Shown here piece after piece: positions 47,081 to 57,020 of a stretch of 64,000 bases of DNA. The notes under the pieces were generated by a model. The model saw only the letters and a program-made list of their open reading frames with translations. It ran no database searches and was not told the origin of the DNA. Each line of letters opens with the position of its first letter. Positions within the stretch are counted from its first letter, which is position 1. Location of the stretch: NCBI GenBank assembly GCA_963805625.1, contig CAWDVE010000010.1:608001-672000 (forward strand), in the 5' to 3' direction. The stretch comes from an uncultured Candidatus Rokubacteria bacterium. Its GTDB lineage: Bacteria > Methylomirabilota > Methylomirabilia > Rokubacteriales > DASRDR01. The position numbers and the translations under genes were made by a program.

Positions 47081-49732
47081 ATGAGTCCAGCCGCCCGAGG
47101 AAAACGCTCACGGCCCAAGGGGTCGCCGCTTGCCCCGTACCAGGCCAAGCGGGACTTCGCCAAGACGCCGGAGCCCCGTGGAGGCTCGCCCCCGAGCCGT
47201 CGGGGCTCGACATTCGTGGTCCAGAAGCACGCCGCCAGTCGCCTCCACTACGACTTCCGCCTCGAGATCGGCGGCGTGCTCGTGAGCTGGGCTGTTCCGA
47301 AGGGGCCGAGCCTCGATCCCGCCGACAAGCGCCTCGCCATGCAGACCGAGGACCACCCGCTCGAGTATGGCGGCTTCGAGGGCATCATCCCCGCGGGCGA
47401 GTACGGTGGCGGAACGGTTCTCGTGTGGGACCGGGGCACCTGGATGCCCGCCGGCGATCCAGTCACCGGGCTGCGTGAAGGCCGGCTGAAGTTCGCCCTC
47501 GCCGGCGAGAAGCTTCGGGGGGGCTGGACCCTGGTGCGCCTCCGGGGGCGCAACCGGCGCGACGCCGACGGCCGGAGCTGGCTCCTGATCAAGGAGCGGG
47601 ACGAGCACGCCCGATCGGCGAGCAAGCTCAGCATCACCGAGGCGCGGCCAGAAAGCGTCCTCAGCGGCCACGGCCTCGAAGACATCGCGCAGACGAGCGA
47701 TCGGACGTGGCATTCGAGTCCGGCGACGAAGACCCGTCGCCGCACCCCCTCGACCAGACCCGCCCCACGGCGCAGAGACGCGGGCCCCGTCCACGGGCCC
47801 ATTCCGGGCGCCCGCCCCGGCCGGCTGCCCGACTTCGTCTCGCCGCAGCTGGCGACCCTCGTCGCGAGCCCGCCCGCAGGCGACGAATGGCTCCACGAGA
47901 TGAAGTTCGACGGCTACCGGATCCTCTGCCGGATCGAGAAGGGACGGGCGACCCTCTGGAGCCGCAACGCCCGGGACTGGACCGCTCAGTTCCCCGCCCT
48001 CGCGACGGCGGCCGCCCGCCTCCCGGCGCGACAGGCGTTCCTCGACGGCGAGATCGCCATGCTCCTTCCGAACGGGACCACAAGCTTTCAGGCGCTCCAG
48101 AATGCTCTCTCGACCAATCGCCAGGAGCAGCTCGTGTACTTCGTCTTCGATCTCCTCCATCTGGATGGGCAGGATCTGACCGGCGCCACGCTTGAGGCCC
48201 GGCAGAGCGCGCTCGAGGCGCTCATCGGGACCGGGCGGAACGGCGCCATCCGCTACAGTACGCACGTCGTGGGCCACGGTGATGAGTTCTTCCGTCAAGC
48301 CTGCCGGCTCTCGCTGGAGGGGGTGGTCTCGAAGCGCCGCGACCGTCCGTACGAGCCCGGACGGGGGCGGAGCTGGCTCAAGGTCAAGTGCGTCCAGGAG
48401 CAGGAGTTCGTGGTGGGTGGCTTCACGGAGCCCAAGGGAGCGCGCACCGGCCTCGGCGCCCTCCTCCTCGGCGTCAACGGGGAGAACGGTGCTCTCGCGT
48501 ACGCGGGCAAGGTCGGCACCGGCTTCACCGGGCCTGTGGCCAAGCGCCTTCGCGAGCGGCTCGACCGGATCCAGATCTCGCAGTCTCCCTTCGAGCGCCG
48601 TCCGCCCGGCGCGACGGAAGCCCACTGGGTGAAGCCCGAGTTGGTCGCCGAGGTCGAGTTCACCGAATGGACCGAGGACGGGCGTCTCCGCCATCCTTCG
48701 TTCAAGGGCATTCGCGAGGACAAGGCGGCGGCGGACGTCGTCCGGGAGCGGCCCACGAAGCCGGTGGCCACGCCGCGGCGCGCGGGGTCCAGGGCACCGA
48801 AGACCACCCCGCCACCGAGCGAGAAGACGTCCACGGCGAGGGGCGAGGACGCCGTCGTCGCTGGCGTCCGGATCACCCATCCGGATCGCGTCGTCTATCC
48901 GGAGGAGGGCGTGACGAAGGCGAGGCTAGCACGCTACTACGCGGCAATCGCCGAGCACATCCTGCCCCACTTCCGCTCGCGACCGACCGCGCTGGTCCGC
49001 TGTCCCGACGGCGTCGGCCACGAGTGCTTCTACCAGAAGCATCCGGGTCCCTGGACGCCTCCCTCGCTCCGCCGGGTCCGGATCCGCGAGAAGAGCAAGA
49101 CCGACGAGTACCTCGTCATCGAGGACGTGGCCGGGCTGGTGGGCCTCGTCCAGATGGGCGTCCTCGAGATCCACACGTGGAATGCGCAGGCCGACCGGCT
49201 CGAGACGCCGGACCGCCTCGTCTTCGACCTCGATCCAGGCCCGGATGTCCCCTGGCGTGCCGTCGTCACGGCCGCGCGCCTCGTCCGGGCGGCCCTGGAG
49301 GCCCAGGGGCTCGAGAGCTTCGTGAAAACCACGGGTGGCAAGGGGCTCCACATCGTCACCCCCATCAAGCCTGGACCGACATGGCCGGCCTGTGTCGCGT
49401 TCGCGCGCCACGTCGTCGACGGTCTCGTGACGGAGACTCCGAGGGCGTTCACTGCCACCATGGCGAAGTCCGCCCGCACGGGCAAGATCTTCATCGACTA
49501 CTTCCGGAACCAGCGGGGGGCCACGTCCGTCGCTGCCTACTCCACCCGGGCGCGTCCGGGCGCGCCGGTCTCGACGCCGGTCGCGTGGGAGGAGCTTGAC
49601 GCCGTCCCGAGCGGCAGCCACTTCACGATCGCCGCCGTCGAGAGCCGTCTCGCCAGGCCCGCCGCCAATCCGTGGGCGCGCTACGCGACGCTGAGACAGT
49701 CGCTGCCTGCCTTGAGGCGCGACGCGACGTAA
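47081..49732 (+). CDS. ligD: NHEJ DNA ligase D (phosphoesterase-ligase-polymerase)
   Basis: FVVQKHAASRLHYDFRLE, EMKFDGYR, LDGE, EGVVSK, RLRHPSF, DRLVFDLDP, KTTGGKGLH. Confidence 0.96.
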   Translation: MSPAARGKRSRPKGSPLAPYQAKRDFAKTPEPRGGSPPSRRGSTFVVQKHAASRLHYDFRLEIGGVLVSWAVPKGPSLDPADKRLAMQTEDHPLEYGGFEGIIPAGEYGGGTVLVWDRGTWMPAGDPVTGLREGRLKFALAGEKLRGGWTLVRLRGRNRRDADGRSWLLIKERDEHARSASKLSITEARPESVLSGHGLEDIAQTSDRTWHSSPATKTRRRTPSTRPAPRRRDAGPVHGPIPGARPGRLPDFVSPQLATLVASPPAGDEWLHEMKFDGYRILCRIEKGRATLWSRNARDWTAQFPALATAAARLPARQAFLDGEIAMLLPNGTTSFQALQNALSTNRQEQLVYFVFDLLHLDGQDLTGATLEARQSALEALIGTGRNGAIRYSTHVVGHGDEFFRQACRLSLEGVVSKRRDRPYEPGRGRSWLKVKCVQEQEFVVGGFTEPKGARTGLGALLLGVNGENGALAYAGKVGTGFTGPVAKRLRERLDRIQISQSPFERRPPGATEAHWVKPELVAEVEFTEWTEDGRLRHPSFKGIREDKAAADVVRERPTKPVATPRRAGSRAPKTTPPPSEKTSTARGEDAVVAGVRITHPDRVVYPEEGVTKARLARYYAAIAEHILPHFRSRPTALVRCPDGVGHECFYQKHPGPWTPPSLRRVRIREKSKTDEYLVIEDVAGLVGLVQMGVLEIHTWNAQADRLETPDRLVFDLDPGPDVPWRAVVTAARLVRAALEAQGLESFVKTTGGKGLHIVTPIKPGPTWPACVAFARHVVDGLVTETPRAFTATMAKSARTGKIFIDYFRNQRGATSVAAYSTRARPGAPVSTPVAWEELDAVPSGSHFTIAAVESRLARPAANPWARYATLRQSLPALRRDAT

Positions 49733-49882
49733 TTCACCCTGCCGCGTTTAGGCGTGTCAGAACGTCGCCCTCACGACGAGATGACGCGGCCGGGTCCTGG
49801 TTGGAGTTCGCGCGAGGGCGCGTGAGGCCTCCGTGTCCGAAGTGACGAGTCCTTTGCCAACGGTCCTTCCTCTCGCCGTCAT

Positions 49883-49898
49883 CGGCAGCGGGATTGCA
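49883..49898 (+). promoter_or_regulatory. candidate sigma54 -24/-12 promoter
   Basis: CGGCAGCGGGATTGCA, about 100 bp upstream of the small basic gene at 50001. Confidence 0.45.
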
Positions 49899-50000
49899 CC
49901 CCATGGTTTCCAAGGCTCCGGCCTGAGGCTGGCGCCCCGTGAATCGTCAATCAGTGTTGGGGGCGTCGTCAGGCTCGGCTGCGGCGACCGGGAGGGCTCC

Positions 50001-50177
50001 ATGGCCAGATACAGCAAGGGCGCAGGCAAGGCGGTCAAGTCCGCCATGCGCCGACGCAAGAAGGGCACGCTGCGAAGCGGAAGCGGGAAGCGGGTGACGA
50101 GCCGGAAACAGGCCATCGCGATCGGTTTGTCCGAGGCACGTGAGAAGGGCGCCAGGGTTCCGAGAAGGTCGAAGTGA
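50001..50177 (+). CDS. small basic conserved protein (DUF6496-like)
   Basis: KKGTLRSGSGKRVTSRKQAIAIGLSEAR; RBS GGAGG. Confidence 0.85.
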   Translation: MARYSKGAGKAVKSAMRRRKKGTLRSGSGKRVTSRKQAIAIGLSEAREKGARVPRRSK

Positions 50178-51463
50178 GTGTCGCTCTCAACGCGCGACCC
50201 GGTCGTTTCCGGTCGCGCACGACCGATCCGACGGCCCTCCTACTCTTCATTGTCATGGCGGCCAGCGCCTGCTCTACCGTCCCGGTGCACCGGACGCTAC
50301 CGCCCATGAATCTCGGAGAGCCCTCGTTCTTCCCGACCCTCGAAGCGCACGCCCAGGCACCCATCGTCGGCGGCAACCGGCTCACGCTCCTGCTCAACGG
50401 GGAGCAGATCTACCCGGCCATCCTCGGCGCGATCCGGCGAGCCAAGTCCACGATCACGTATGCCCAGTACAGCTACGAGGACGGGCAGATCGCCCGGGAC
50501 TTCGCCGAGGCGCTGGCCGAGCGCTGCCGCGCCGGTGTCAAGGTGCACGTCCTGCTCGACCACGTCGGAACCCTCTCCATGCCCCGGGAATACGTGGACC
50601 TCATGTCCAAGGACGGCTGCCAGGTGGTCTCGTTCCGACCGATCGGGCCTCTGGGCCTCAGACGGGCCAACAACCGGAATCACCGGCGCATCCTCGTCGT
50701 CGACGGTCGCGTCGGCTTCACCGGCGGCTCAGGCGTCAGCAGCAAGTGGATGGGCAACGGCCGGGTCGCGGACCACTGGCGTGACACCGACGTCCAGATC
50801 GAAGGGCCGGTGGTCGAGTATCTCCAGGGGGCATTTGCCGAAAACTGGGTCGAGGCCACCGGGACGGTCCTCGGGGGCGCGGAATACTTTCCGGCTCCGG
50901 CGGGGGTCAAGGGCCGGACCCATGCGCAGATCATCCGCAGCGGCCCCCTGGGCGGAAGCTATGCCATGTACACCACCTTCCTCCTCGCCCTGTCGTCGGC
51001 CCGTCGCTCCGTCAAGATCACCAACCCGTACGTTCTCCTCGACGACCAGATGATCGACACGCTCGTCCAAGCCGCCCGCCGCGGGGTCCAGATCAGCTTT
51101 CTCGTGCCCGGCGTGAGCGACCACCCGCTCGTGCGCCACGCCGGACGGCGGCAGTTCGGCCGGCTGCTCGAGGCGGGCATCGAGATCCACGAGTACTCGG
51201 CGGCGCTGCTTCACGCCAAGACGATGGTGATCGACGGAACTTGGGCCACCGTGGGCAGCACCAACCTCGACTATCGCTCCTTCAGGCTGAACGACGAGCT
51301 GAACGTGGTGGCCTACGACACGGAGTTCGCCGCGAAGCTGGAGAAGGTCTTCCTGGAAGACCTCAAGTACGCGAAGCGGATCGACCTCGACGCGTGGAAC
51401 GATCGGGGCGTCCGGGGTCGCATGTTCGAGGTGCTGGCTATTCCCTTCGAGAGCAACTTCTGA
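50174..51463 (+). CDS. clsB: cardiolipin synthase (ClsB-like, PLD family)
   Basis: Two HKD-type motifs (HRRILVVD, with K>R, and HAKTMVID); WRDT, GSTNLD. Confidence 0.88.
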   Translation: MSVALNARPGRFRSRTTDPTALLLFIVMAASACSTVPVHRTLPPMNLGEPSFFPTLEAHAQAPIVGGNRLTLLLNGEQIYPAILGAIRRAKSTITYAQYSYEDGQIARDFAEALAERCRAGVKVHVLLDHVGTLSMPREYVDLMSKDGCQVVSFRPIGPLGLRRANNRNHRRILVVDGRVGFTGGSGVSSKWMGNGRVADHWRDTDVQIEGPVVEYLQGAFAENWVEATGTVLGGAEYFPAPAGVKGRTHAQIIRSGPLGGSYAMYTTFLLALSSARRSVKITNPYVLLDDQMIDTLVQAARRGVQISFLVPGVSDHPLVRHAGRRQFGRLLEAGIEIHEYSAALLHAKTMVIDGTWATVGSTNLDYRSFRLNDELNVVAYDTEFAAKLEKVFLEDLKYAKRIDLDAWNDRGVRGRMFEVLAIPFESNF

Positions 51464-51508
51464 GACGGCCCCATCCGTCCGAGTAGGCGGCGACGGGCCT
51501 CGGCGAGA

Positions 51509-52555
51509 CTACCAGGGAATCGTCTGGCCCGGGCTCAGGATCGCGACTTGCTCCTCGACCCCACGCCGCAACGCCTCGCGGAGGAGCCGGTCGGGTGGCT
51601 CCCGGAATGGCTCGCGGTTCATCGCGAAGGTTCCCCAGTGCATCGGCACTAGGAGGCGCCCTCCCAGGTCCTCGAAAAGCTGGACGGCCTCCTCCGGGTT
51701 CAGGTGGTTGGGGTGACCCGTCCGGAATGTGTCGTAGCCGCCGATCGGGATGGCGGTCAGGTCGAAGGGGCCGAACCGATCGCCGATCTTCCGGAGCCGG
51801 GAGTCGTAGCCCGTGTCACCCGCAAAAAAGAAGCGCTTGGTGGGCCCGAGGACCGTCCACGACGACCAGAGACGCAGGTACTGGTCGGCGAGGGTGCGCC
51901 CGGAGGCGTGTTGCGCCGGGGTGCAGACGAAGGTCAGCCCCCGGAACTCCGCCTTGTCCCACCAGTCCAGCTCGACCACGTTCGTGATTCCCCGCTCCCC
52001 GAGCCATGTGCGGAGTCCCAGGGGCACGAAAAAGCGCGGCCGGTGCTCGCGCGCGAGTCGCGCCACGCTCTCGGTGTCGAGGTGGTCATAGTGATCGTGG
52101 GAGATGACCACGGCATGGATGGGCGGGAGGTCGGCGAACGCCAGGCCGGGCGCCACGAGCCGGCGTGGCCCGGCAAAGCCGACCGGGCTCGCCCGCTCGC
52201 CCCAGTGGGGATCCGTCAGGATGTTCACCCCATCGAGCTGCACGAGGAACGTGGAATGCCCTACCCACGTGACGGTGGGATGGTTCCCGTTCGCACGCAG
52301 GTCAGCACCGTCGTTCTGGAGCACCGCTGTCGCGGTGCCCCTCGGGCGGTGCGGCGCGAGGCTGCCCAGGACGAAGTGTCGCATCCGGACACCGATGGTG
52401 TAGTCATAGCCATCGTCGAGGTTCCGGAAGCCGCGCCGGAGATGGTGAGCGGGCCTCCACTCCACGCCGGCGGACTCCACGTCCACGGTGACCGTCGGAG
52501 CCAGGTTGAGCAGGAGCAACGCGACGAACGAGGCAAGGCGGATGAATCGGGACAC
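51509..52555 (-). CDS. MBL-fold metallo-hydrolase (NAPE-PLD/RomA-like)
   Basis: TWVGHST, SHDHYDHLD, PAQH, GDTGY, PMHWGTF. Confidence 0.9.
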   Translation of the reverse strand: MSRFIRLASFVALLLLNLAPTVTVDVESAGVEWRPAHHLRRGFRNLDDGYDYTIGVRMRHFVLGSLAPHRPRGTATAVLQNDGADLRANGNHPTVTWVGHSTFLVQLDGVNILTDPHWGERASPVGFAGPRRLVAPGLAFADLPPIHAVVISHDHYDHLDTESVARLAREHRPRFFVPLGLRTWLGERGITNVVELDWWDKAEFRGLTFVCTPAQHASGRTLADQYLRLWSSWTVLGPTKRFFFAGDTGYDSRLRKIGDRFGPFDLTAIPIGGYDTFRTGHPNHLNPEEAVQLFEDLGGRLLVPMHWGTFAMNREPFREPPDRLLREALRRGVEEQVAILSPGQTIPW

Positions 52556-52685
52556 GCGAGTCAGACCTCCAGCCGGTGAGCTCGAGCTCCCGTCGATGGG
52601 AGCTCCTCCACAAGTTCAGCGTAGCACACGGGTTTCGGGGGCCTGTCCCAGGGCGCTCCACCGGACACAGCGACGGGGTTCACGT

Positions 52686-52701
52686 TGGCATCCTCGTTGC
52701 T
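52686..52701 (+). promoter_or_regulatory. candidate sigma54 -24/-12 promoter
   Basis: TGGCATCCTCGTTGCT, close to the consensus TGGCAC-N5-TTGC. Confidence 0.55.
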
Positions 52702-52740
52702 CGAATCGACAGCACGATGACCTCCCCTCGGACTCGGCGT

Positions 52741-52986
52741 ATGCGTGCAGGAAAGGATCCAAGCCCCGTGGTGAGGCAGGTGCGATCGGTCGGCGGCGTA
52801 CTGCTGGTCGTGGTGGGATTGCTCGGTCTCGTGCTGCCGGTTATTCCCGGCGTGCCCTTGCTGATTGCTGGTGTGGCCGTTCTGGGCCGGGAGCACCCGC
52901 TCGTCCGACCCGCTCTCGAGCGGTTGAGTCGGCTCCGCGAGAACTGGCGAGGCCGCCGGCGGATCCGGAAAGACCACCAGAAGTGA
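52741..52986 (+). CDS. small membrane protein (PGPGW/DUF454-like)
   Basis: GGVLLVVVGLLGLVLPVIPGVPLLIAG hairpin followed by a basic tail. Confidence 0.7.
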   Translation: MRAGKDPSPVVRQVRSVGGVLLVVVGLLGLVLPVIPGVPLLIAGVAVLGREHPLVRPALERLSRLRENWRGRRRIRKDHQK

Positions 52987-53150
52987 CGAGGCAGACCGTA
53001 GAGGCCCGAGGCAGGCCCGTCTCGGTCGGTCGTGGCACAACGGACGCCAGCTACCGAGGTGCGTGCCTGCGTTGCCGGCGTCGCGACCCCCCTCGGGGAG
53101 CCGACGTGGCTGCGAGCACCCCGATGGCCCGGCAACACCATGACAGGAGA

Positions 53151-53831
53151 CTACGACCGTCCGGACTCCCCGGCCCCTTGGGCTATCCGTCCGGCGCTCG
53201 TGAGGATTCCTCGCCGAGGGGTGAGCTTGGCCGGCCGCGGCCCGTGACGGCGAGCGCCCACCAACGGAACGTAGTCCAGCTCGCGGCCGTCGGCCACGCT
53301 CCGGAGCAGCAATCCACCCCGGCTCATGTCGCCCCGACCGACGAACTCAGCCGGGAAGACGAGCCGCTCCCCGAAAACCTCTACCAGCGGCTCGATGTAC
53401 TTACCGCTTGCCACGCTTCCGAGGAGCACGACCTGCCACCCGGCGGCGCCAGCGAGGGCAGCGGCAAGGGCGCGCGCGTCCCGCACGAGCGGCCGCCGGT
53501 ACCGCGGGTCAGCGGGATCGATGTCGACCCGGCCGTACCGGCGGAGCAGCGGCGCGCCGACCTGGATCCCAGGGGACCGCAACCCCTGGCAAGGCGTGAT
53601 CACCAGCGTGCCGTCCAGGCCCGACGGCGGACGCGCGAAGGACAGCGCGTAGGCGAGCTTGCCGCGAAAGTAGAGGCCGCTCATGAAGCTGAAGACCTCC
53701 CCCAGGGGGGCCCCCTTCGGGCTCCGGAGCCGGCAAGCCAGGTCAAAGCGAGCCTGCTCGCGGAGCACCAGCCTCGCCCGCTGGCCGCCGCAATGCGCCG
53801 GCGAGAGAAGGAAGACGCGCGGTTCAATCAC
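53151..53831 (-). CDS. conserved hypothetical protein
   Basis: Globular-looking sequence with motifs FLLSPA, FMSGLYFRGKLAYA, VLLGSVASGKY, FVGRGDMSRGGLLL; TACACT 7 nt before the GTG. Confidence 0.75.
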   Translation of the reverse strand: MIEPRVFLLSPAHCGGQRARLVLREQARFDLACRLRSPKGAPLGEVFSFMSGLYFRGKLAYALSFARPPSGLDGTLVITPCQGLRSPGIQVGAPLLRRYGRVDIDPADPRYRRPLVRDARALAAALAGAAGWQVVLLGSVASGKYIEPLVEVFGERLVFPAEFVGRGDMSRGGLLLRSVADGRELDYVPLVGARRHGPRPAKLTPRRGILTSAGRIAQGAGESGRS

Positions 53832-53932
53832 ACTCGTCAGTGTAGAGGGCGCGCGCCGGGCGCACTAGACCTTGCCCACGTCGCGCACCGATGTCGGCGC
53901 GATGGCTCGAGTCTCGGGCCAGGGACCTTCGT

Positions 53933-55009
53933 TCAGGGTCGCCCGGCGAGCTGCCAGCCGCCGTAAAGGGGATGGGCGGCGTCCAACGGCAGCCTGACCG
54001 GCGCCTCCGTCCGCGCGGAATGGTAGATCGCCGTGATCAACTCGATCGAGGCGCGCGCATCGTCGAGCGTGACCGGGAGCTCGGCCCCGGACCGAAGCGC
54101 CCGGTGGTACCGGGCGAACTGGCCGGCATACCCCTCGAGCCCGGGCTCGAAGGCGGCCAGCGCCTCCTGGATGCGGTCGTCGATCTCCGGGGTGTCACCT
54201 CTGAAGGTCCAGGGGTCGTGCGAGCTCCGGTAGGGCTCCGTGTTGCTCTCGGCGGACAGATTCGCCAAGCAGAATCGATGCCGGCTGATTTCGTGGGCCG
54301 AGCCGGTCGTGGCCGCGAGCGTGCAGAGCGACCCGTCGGCCATCTCGATCGAGACCGCGACGCAGTCCTCCGTCTCGATCGGATTCACTAGGGTGGTGAG
54401 ATGCGCTGACAGGCTCCTCGCGGGCCCCAGCACATAGTAGACGAGGTCGTGGGCGTGAATGGCGAGGTTGACCAGGGGGCCGCCGAGCTCCGTCGCCCAG
54501 CGCGACCGCCAGGGCACCGCGTAGTAGGCCGGCCGCCGTCGCCACGCCGTCTCCACCGTAGTCAGGTACGCACGGCCCGCGATCCCCCGCTCGACGAGAA
54601 GCTTGAGCTTCTGGATCCCGTGGCCGAAGCGGTACTGGAAGATCGGCATCACGCGCCGGCTCGACCGCTTCTCGGCGGCTGCCACCCGGTCGGCGTCCTC
54701 CAGCGAGCCGCAGAGCGGCTTCTCGCAGATCACGTGCTTCCCGGCTTCCAGGGCCTGGAGGGTCTGCCGCACGTGGAGGTACGGCGGCGTGCAGAGGTCG
54801 ACGACGTCCAGATCGTCCTGCTGGCAGAGCGCCGTGACGTCGGTCAGCACCCGTCCGATCCCGTAGGCGGCCGCGACCTCCCGAGCCTTCGCCTCGTCGA
54901 CGTCACAGATCGCCGTCACCTCGAACACATCCGGCAGGCTCCGGTAGGCGTCGAGGTGCTGGCGGCCGATCCCGCAGCCGACGACGGCGACCTTTAGCGC
55001 CGCGCCCAT
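53933..55009 (-). CDS. Gfo/Idh/MocA oxidoreductase
   Basis: VVGCGIG, CEKP, YRF, AIHAHD. Confidence 0.92.
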   Translation of the reverse strand: MGAALKVAVVGCGIGRQHLDAYRSLPDVFEVTAICDVDEAKAREVAAAYGIGRVLTDVTALCQQDDLDVVDLCTPPYLHVRQTLQALEAGKHVICEKPLCGSLEDADRVAAAEKRSSRRVMPIFQYRFGHGIQKLKLLVERGIAGRAYLTTVETAWRRRPAYYAVPWRSRWATELGGPLVNLAIHAHDLVYYVLGPARSLSAHLTTLVNPIETEDCVAVSIEMADGSLCTLAATTGSAHEISRHRFCLANLSAESNTEPYRSSHDPWTFRGDTPEIDDRIQEALAAFEPGLEGYAGQFARYHRALRSGAELPVTLDDARASIELITAIYHSARTEAPVRLPLDAAHPLYGGWQLAGRP

Positions 55010-55012
55010 CGC

Positions 55013-56083
55013 TCAGCCGCGCCGAGGGGTGCGGCGGCGGGGCGACGGCTGCCCGGGCGTACGATCACCGCGTGCGTCCAGCCTCACGGCCTTCGCTTGG
55101 GCCTCCAGCGCGAGCCGACAGGCGAGGAAGCAGTGGGCCTGGGGCATCGCCGTCTCCGTCCGGTCCACGATGTCGGCGAGGAGCTGCCGACCATACGGCA
55201 GGTCGCCGGCGCTCGCGTCCACATGGCGGGCAGCCTTCCCGTCGACCAGGAACAGATGGTTGGCGCCAGACCGCCCGGCGATGTCCACGTACTTCCGCAG
55301 CTCGATGAAGCCTTCGGTGCCCAGCACGACGAGGCGGCCGTCGCCCCACGAGCCGAGACCATCCGGCGTGTACCAGTCGACCCGCGCGTAGCCGCTTCCT
55401 CCGTTGCCTCGGAGGAGGACGTCCCCGAAGTCCTCGAGCTCCGGCCACTGGGGGAAGTTCCAGTTGGCCACCTGGGCGGCCACCACCTCCGCCTCGGTCG
55501 AGCCCGTCATGAACAGGAACTGGTCCATCTGGTGCGATGCGATGTCCGCGAGGATGCCGCCGGTCTGCGCGCGCTTGAAGAACCACGCGGGGCGCGTGGG
55601 CGCGTTGATCCGGTGGGGACCGAGTCCCACCGTCTGAACGACCTTCCCGATGGCCCCCGCCTTGACGAGCTCGCCCGCTCGCACCGTGGCCGCGTTCTCG
55701 AACCGCTCGCTGAAGCAGACGGAGTAGATCCGTCCGGTCTCGGCCTGGACGCGGCGGGCCTCGGCCAGCTGGTCCAGCGCCGTGAACGCGGGCTTGTCGC
55801 TCATGTAGTCCTTTCCGTGGCGCATCACCTCGACACCCAGCGGACCCCGCTCGCGCGGGACGGCCGCGCTCACCACGAGCTGGAGGCTCCCATCCTCCAG
55901 GATCTCCCGCCGGCTCCGGACCTGCCGCGCCTGCGGGTACCGGTGACCGTACTCGGCAGCCAGGGGGGCCTCCTCCGCGAAGAACGACACAAGGTTCGCC
56001 CCTGCCCGGAGGAGGAGATCCGTCTGGGCGTAGATGTGGTTGTGATTCACCCCGATGACCGCGAACCGCACGGGCGGTGGCAT
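55013..56083 (-). CDS. Gfo/Idh/MocA oxidoreductase
   Basis: FAVIGVNHNH, SDKP, ERF, DIASHQMD. Confidence 0.9.
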   Translation of the reverse strand: MPPPVRFAVIGVNHNHIYAQTDLLLRAGANLVSFFAEEAPLAAEYGHRYPQARQVRSRREILEDGSLQLVVSAAVPRERGPLGVEVMRHGKDYMSDKPAFTALDQLAEARRVQAETGRIYSVCFSERFENAATVRAGELVKAGAIGKVVQTVGLGPHRINAPTRPAWFFKRAQTGGILADIASHQMDQFLFMTGSTEAEVVAAQVANWNFPQWPELEDFGDVLLRGNGGSGYARVDWYTPDGLGSWGDGRLVVLGTEGFIELRKYVDIAGRSGANHLFLVDGKAARHVDASAGDLPYGRQLLADIVDRTETAMPQAHCFLACRLALEAQAKAVRLDARGDRTPGQPSPRRRTPRRG

Positions 56084-56129
56084 GGTGTCCCTCGTGGGTT
56101 CGTTCCCGGTCACCCGGCGAGAGGCCGGG

Positions 56130-57020
56130 CTAGCCCTTCATCCCGGTGGTGCTGATGCCCTGGACCAGGTACCGCTGGAACACGACGAACACTACGAGCA
56201 CCGGCACCAGCGACAGGGCGGACATCGCAAAGATCGCGCCCCAGTCGGTCGCTCCCGACGCGTCGGCGAACGATCTCAGCGCCACCGAGATAGTGTAGAG
56301 CTTCGGCTCGTTGAGATACACAAGCGGCGTGAGGAAGTCCTCCCACGTCCAGTAGAACGAGAAGATCGCCGCCGTGATCAGCGCGGGCCTGATGAGCGGC
56401 AGGATGATCCGGAAGAAAATCCCGAAGTGGCTGCAACCATCGATCTCCGCCGCCTCGTCCAGCTCCTTGGGAATGCCTCGGATGAACTGCATGATCATGA
56501 ATATGAAGAAGGCCATCCCGAAGAATCGCGGCAGGAGGAGGGGGTAGAATGTGTTCACCAGATTGAGCTTCGTGAAGAAGACGTACTGCGGGATGATGAT
56601 GACCTGCACCGGCAGCATCAGCGTCAGCAGCATGCAGGCGAACCAGAACCCCCGACCGGCGAATCGGATGCGCGCGAACCCGTAGGCCACCACCGCGGAC
56701 GACACGACCGCGGCCACCGTCCCCACGCCCGCGTAGATCAGCGAGTTCTTGTAGAAGGTCGCGAAGGTGATCCCACCGAAGCCCGCCCAGCCGCTGACGT
56801 AGTTCTGCGGAGTGAAGTGTCGCGGAACCAGCGACATCACCTCGGCCCAGATCTCCGACGGTCCCTTGAACGAGCTGGCAAAGAGCCACAGGATCGGGTA
56901 GAGCATCACGAAGCCGAACGTCCCGACCGCCGCATGGTAGATGACGGTCCGGACCAGCTCGCGGCGCCGACGGATCGAGGTCACCGGCAACGGGCTCACC
57001 TGGCGCAACTCCGTGGTCAC
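56130..57020 (-). CDS. carbohydrate ABC permease (MalG-like)
   Basis: EAA motif IPKELDEAAEIDG. Confidence 0.92.
   Translation of the reverse strand: MTTELRQVSPLPVTSIRRRRELVRTVIYHAAVGTFGFVMLYPILWLFASSFKGPSEIWAEVMSLVPRHFTPQNYVSGWAGFGGITFATFYKNSLIYAGVGTVAAVVSSAVVAYGFARIRFAGRGFWFACMLLTLMLPVQVIIIPQYVFFTKLNLVNTFYPLLLPRFFGMAFFIFMIMQFIRGIPKELDEAAEIDGCSHFGIFFRIILPLIRPALITAAIFSFYWTWEDFLTPLVYLNEPKLYTISVALRSFADASGATDWGAIFAMSALSLVPVLVVFVVFQRYLVQGISTTGMKG

Noticed and set aside
49757-49830. Minus-strand PRHLVVRATF-stop resembling an outer-membrane barrel C-terminus
   Set aside because: Too short to support; no upstream coding signal
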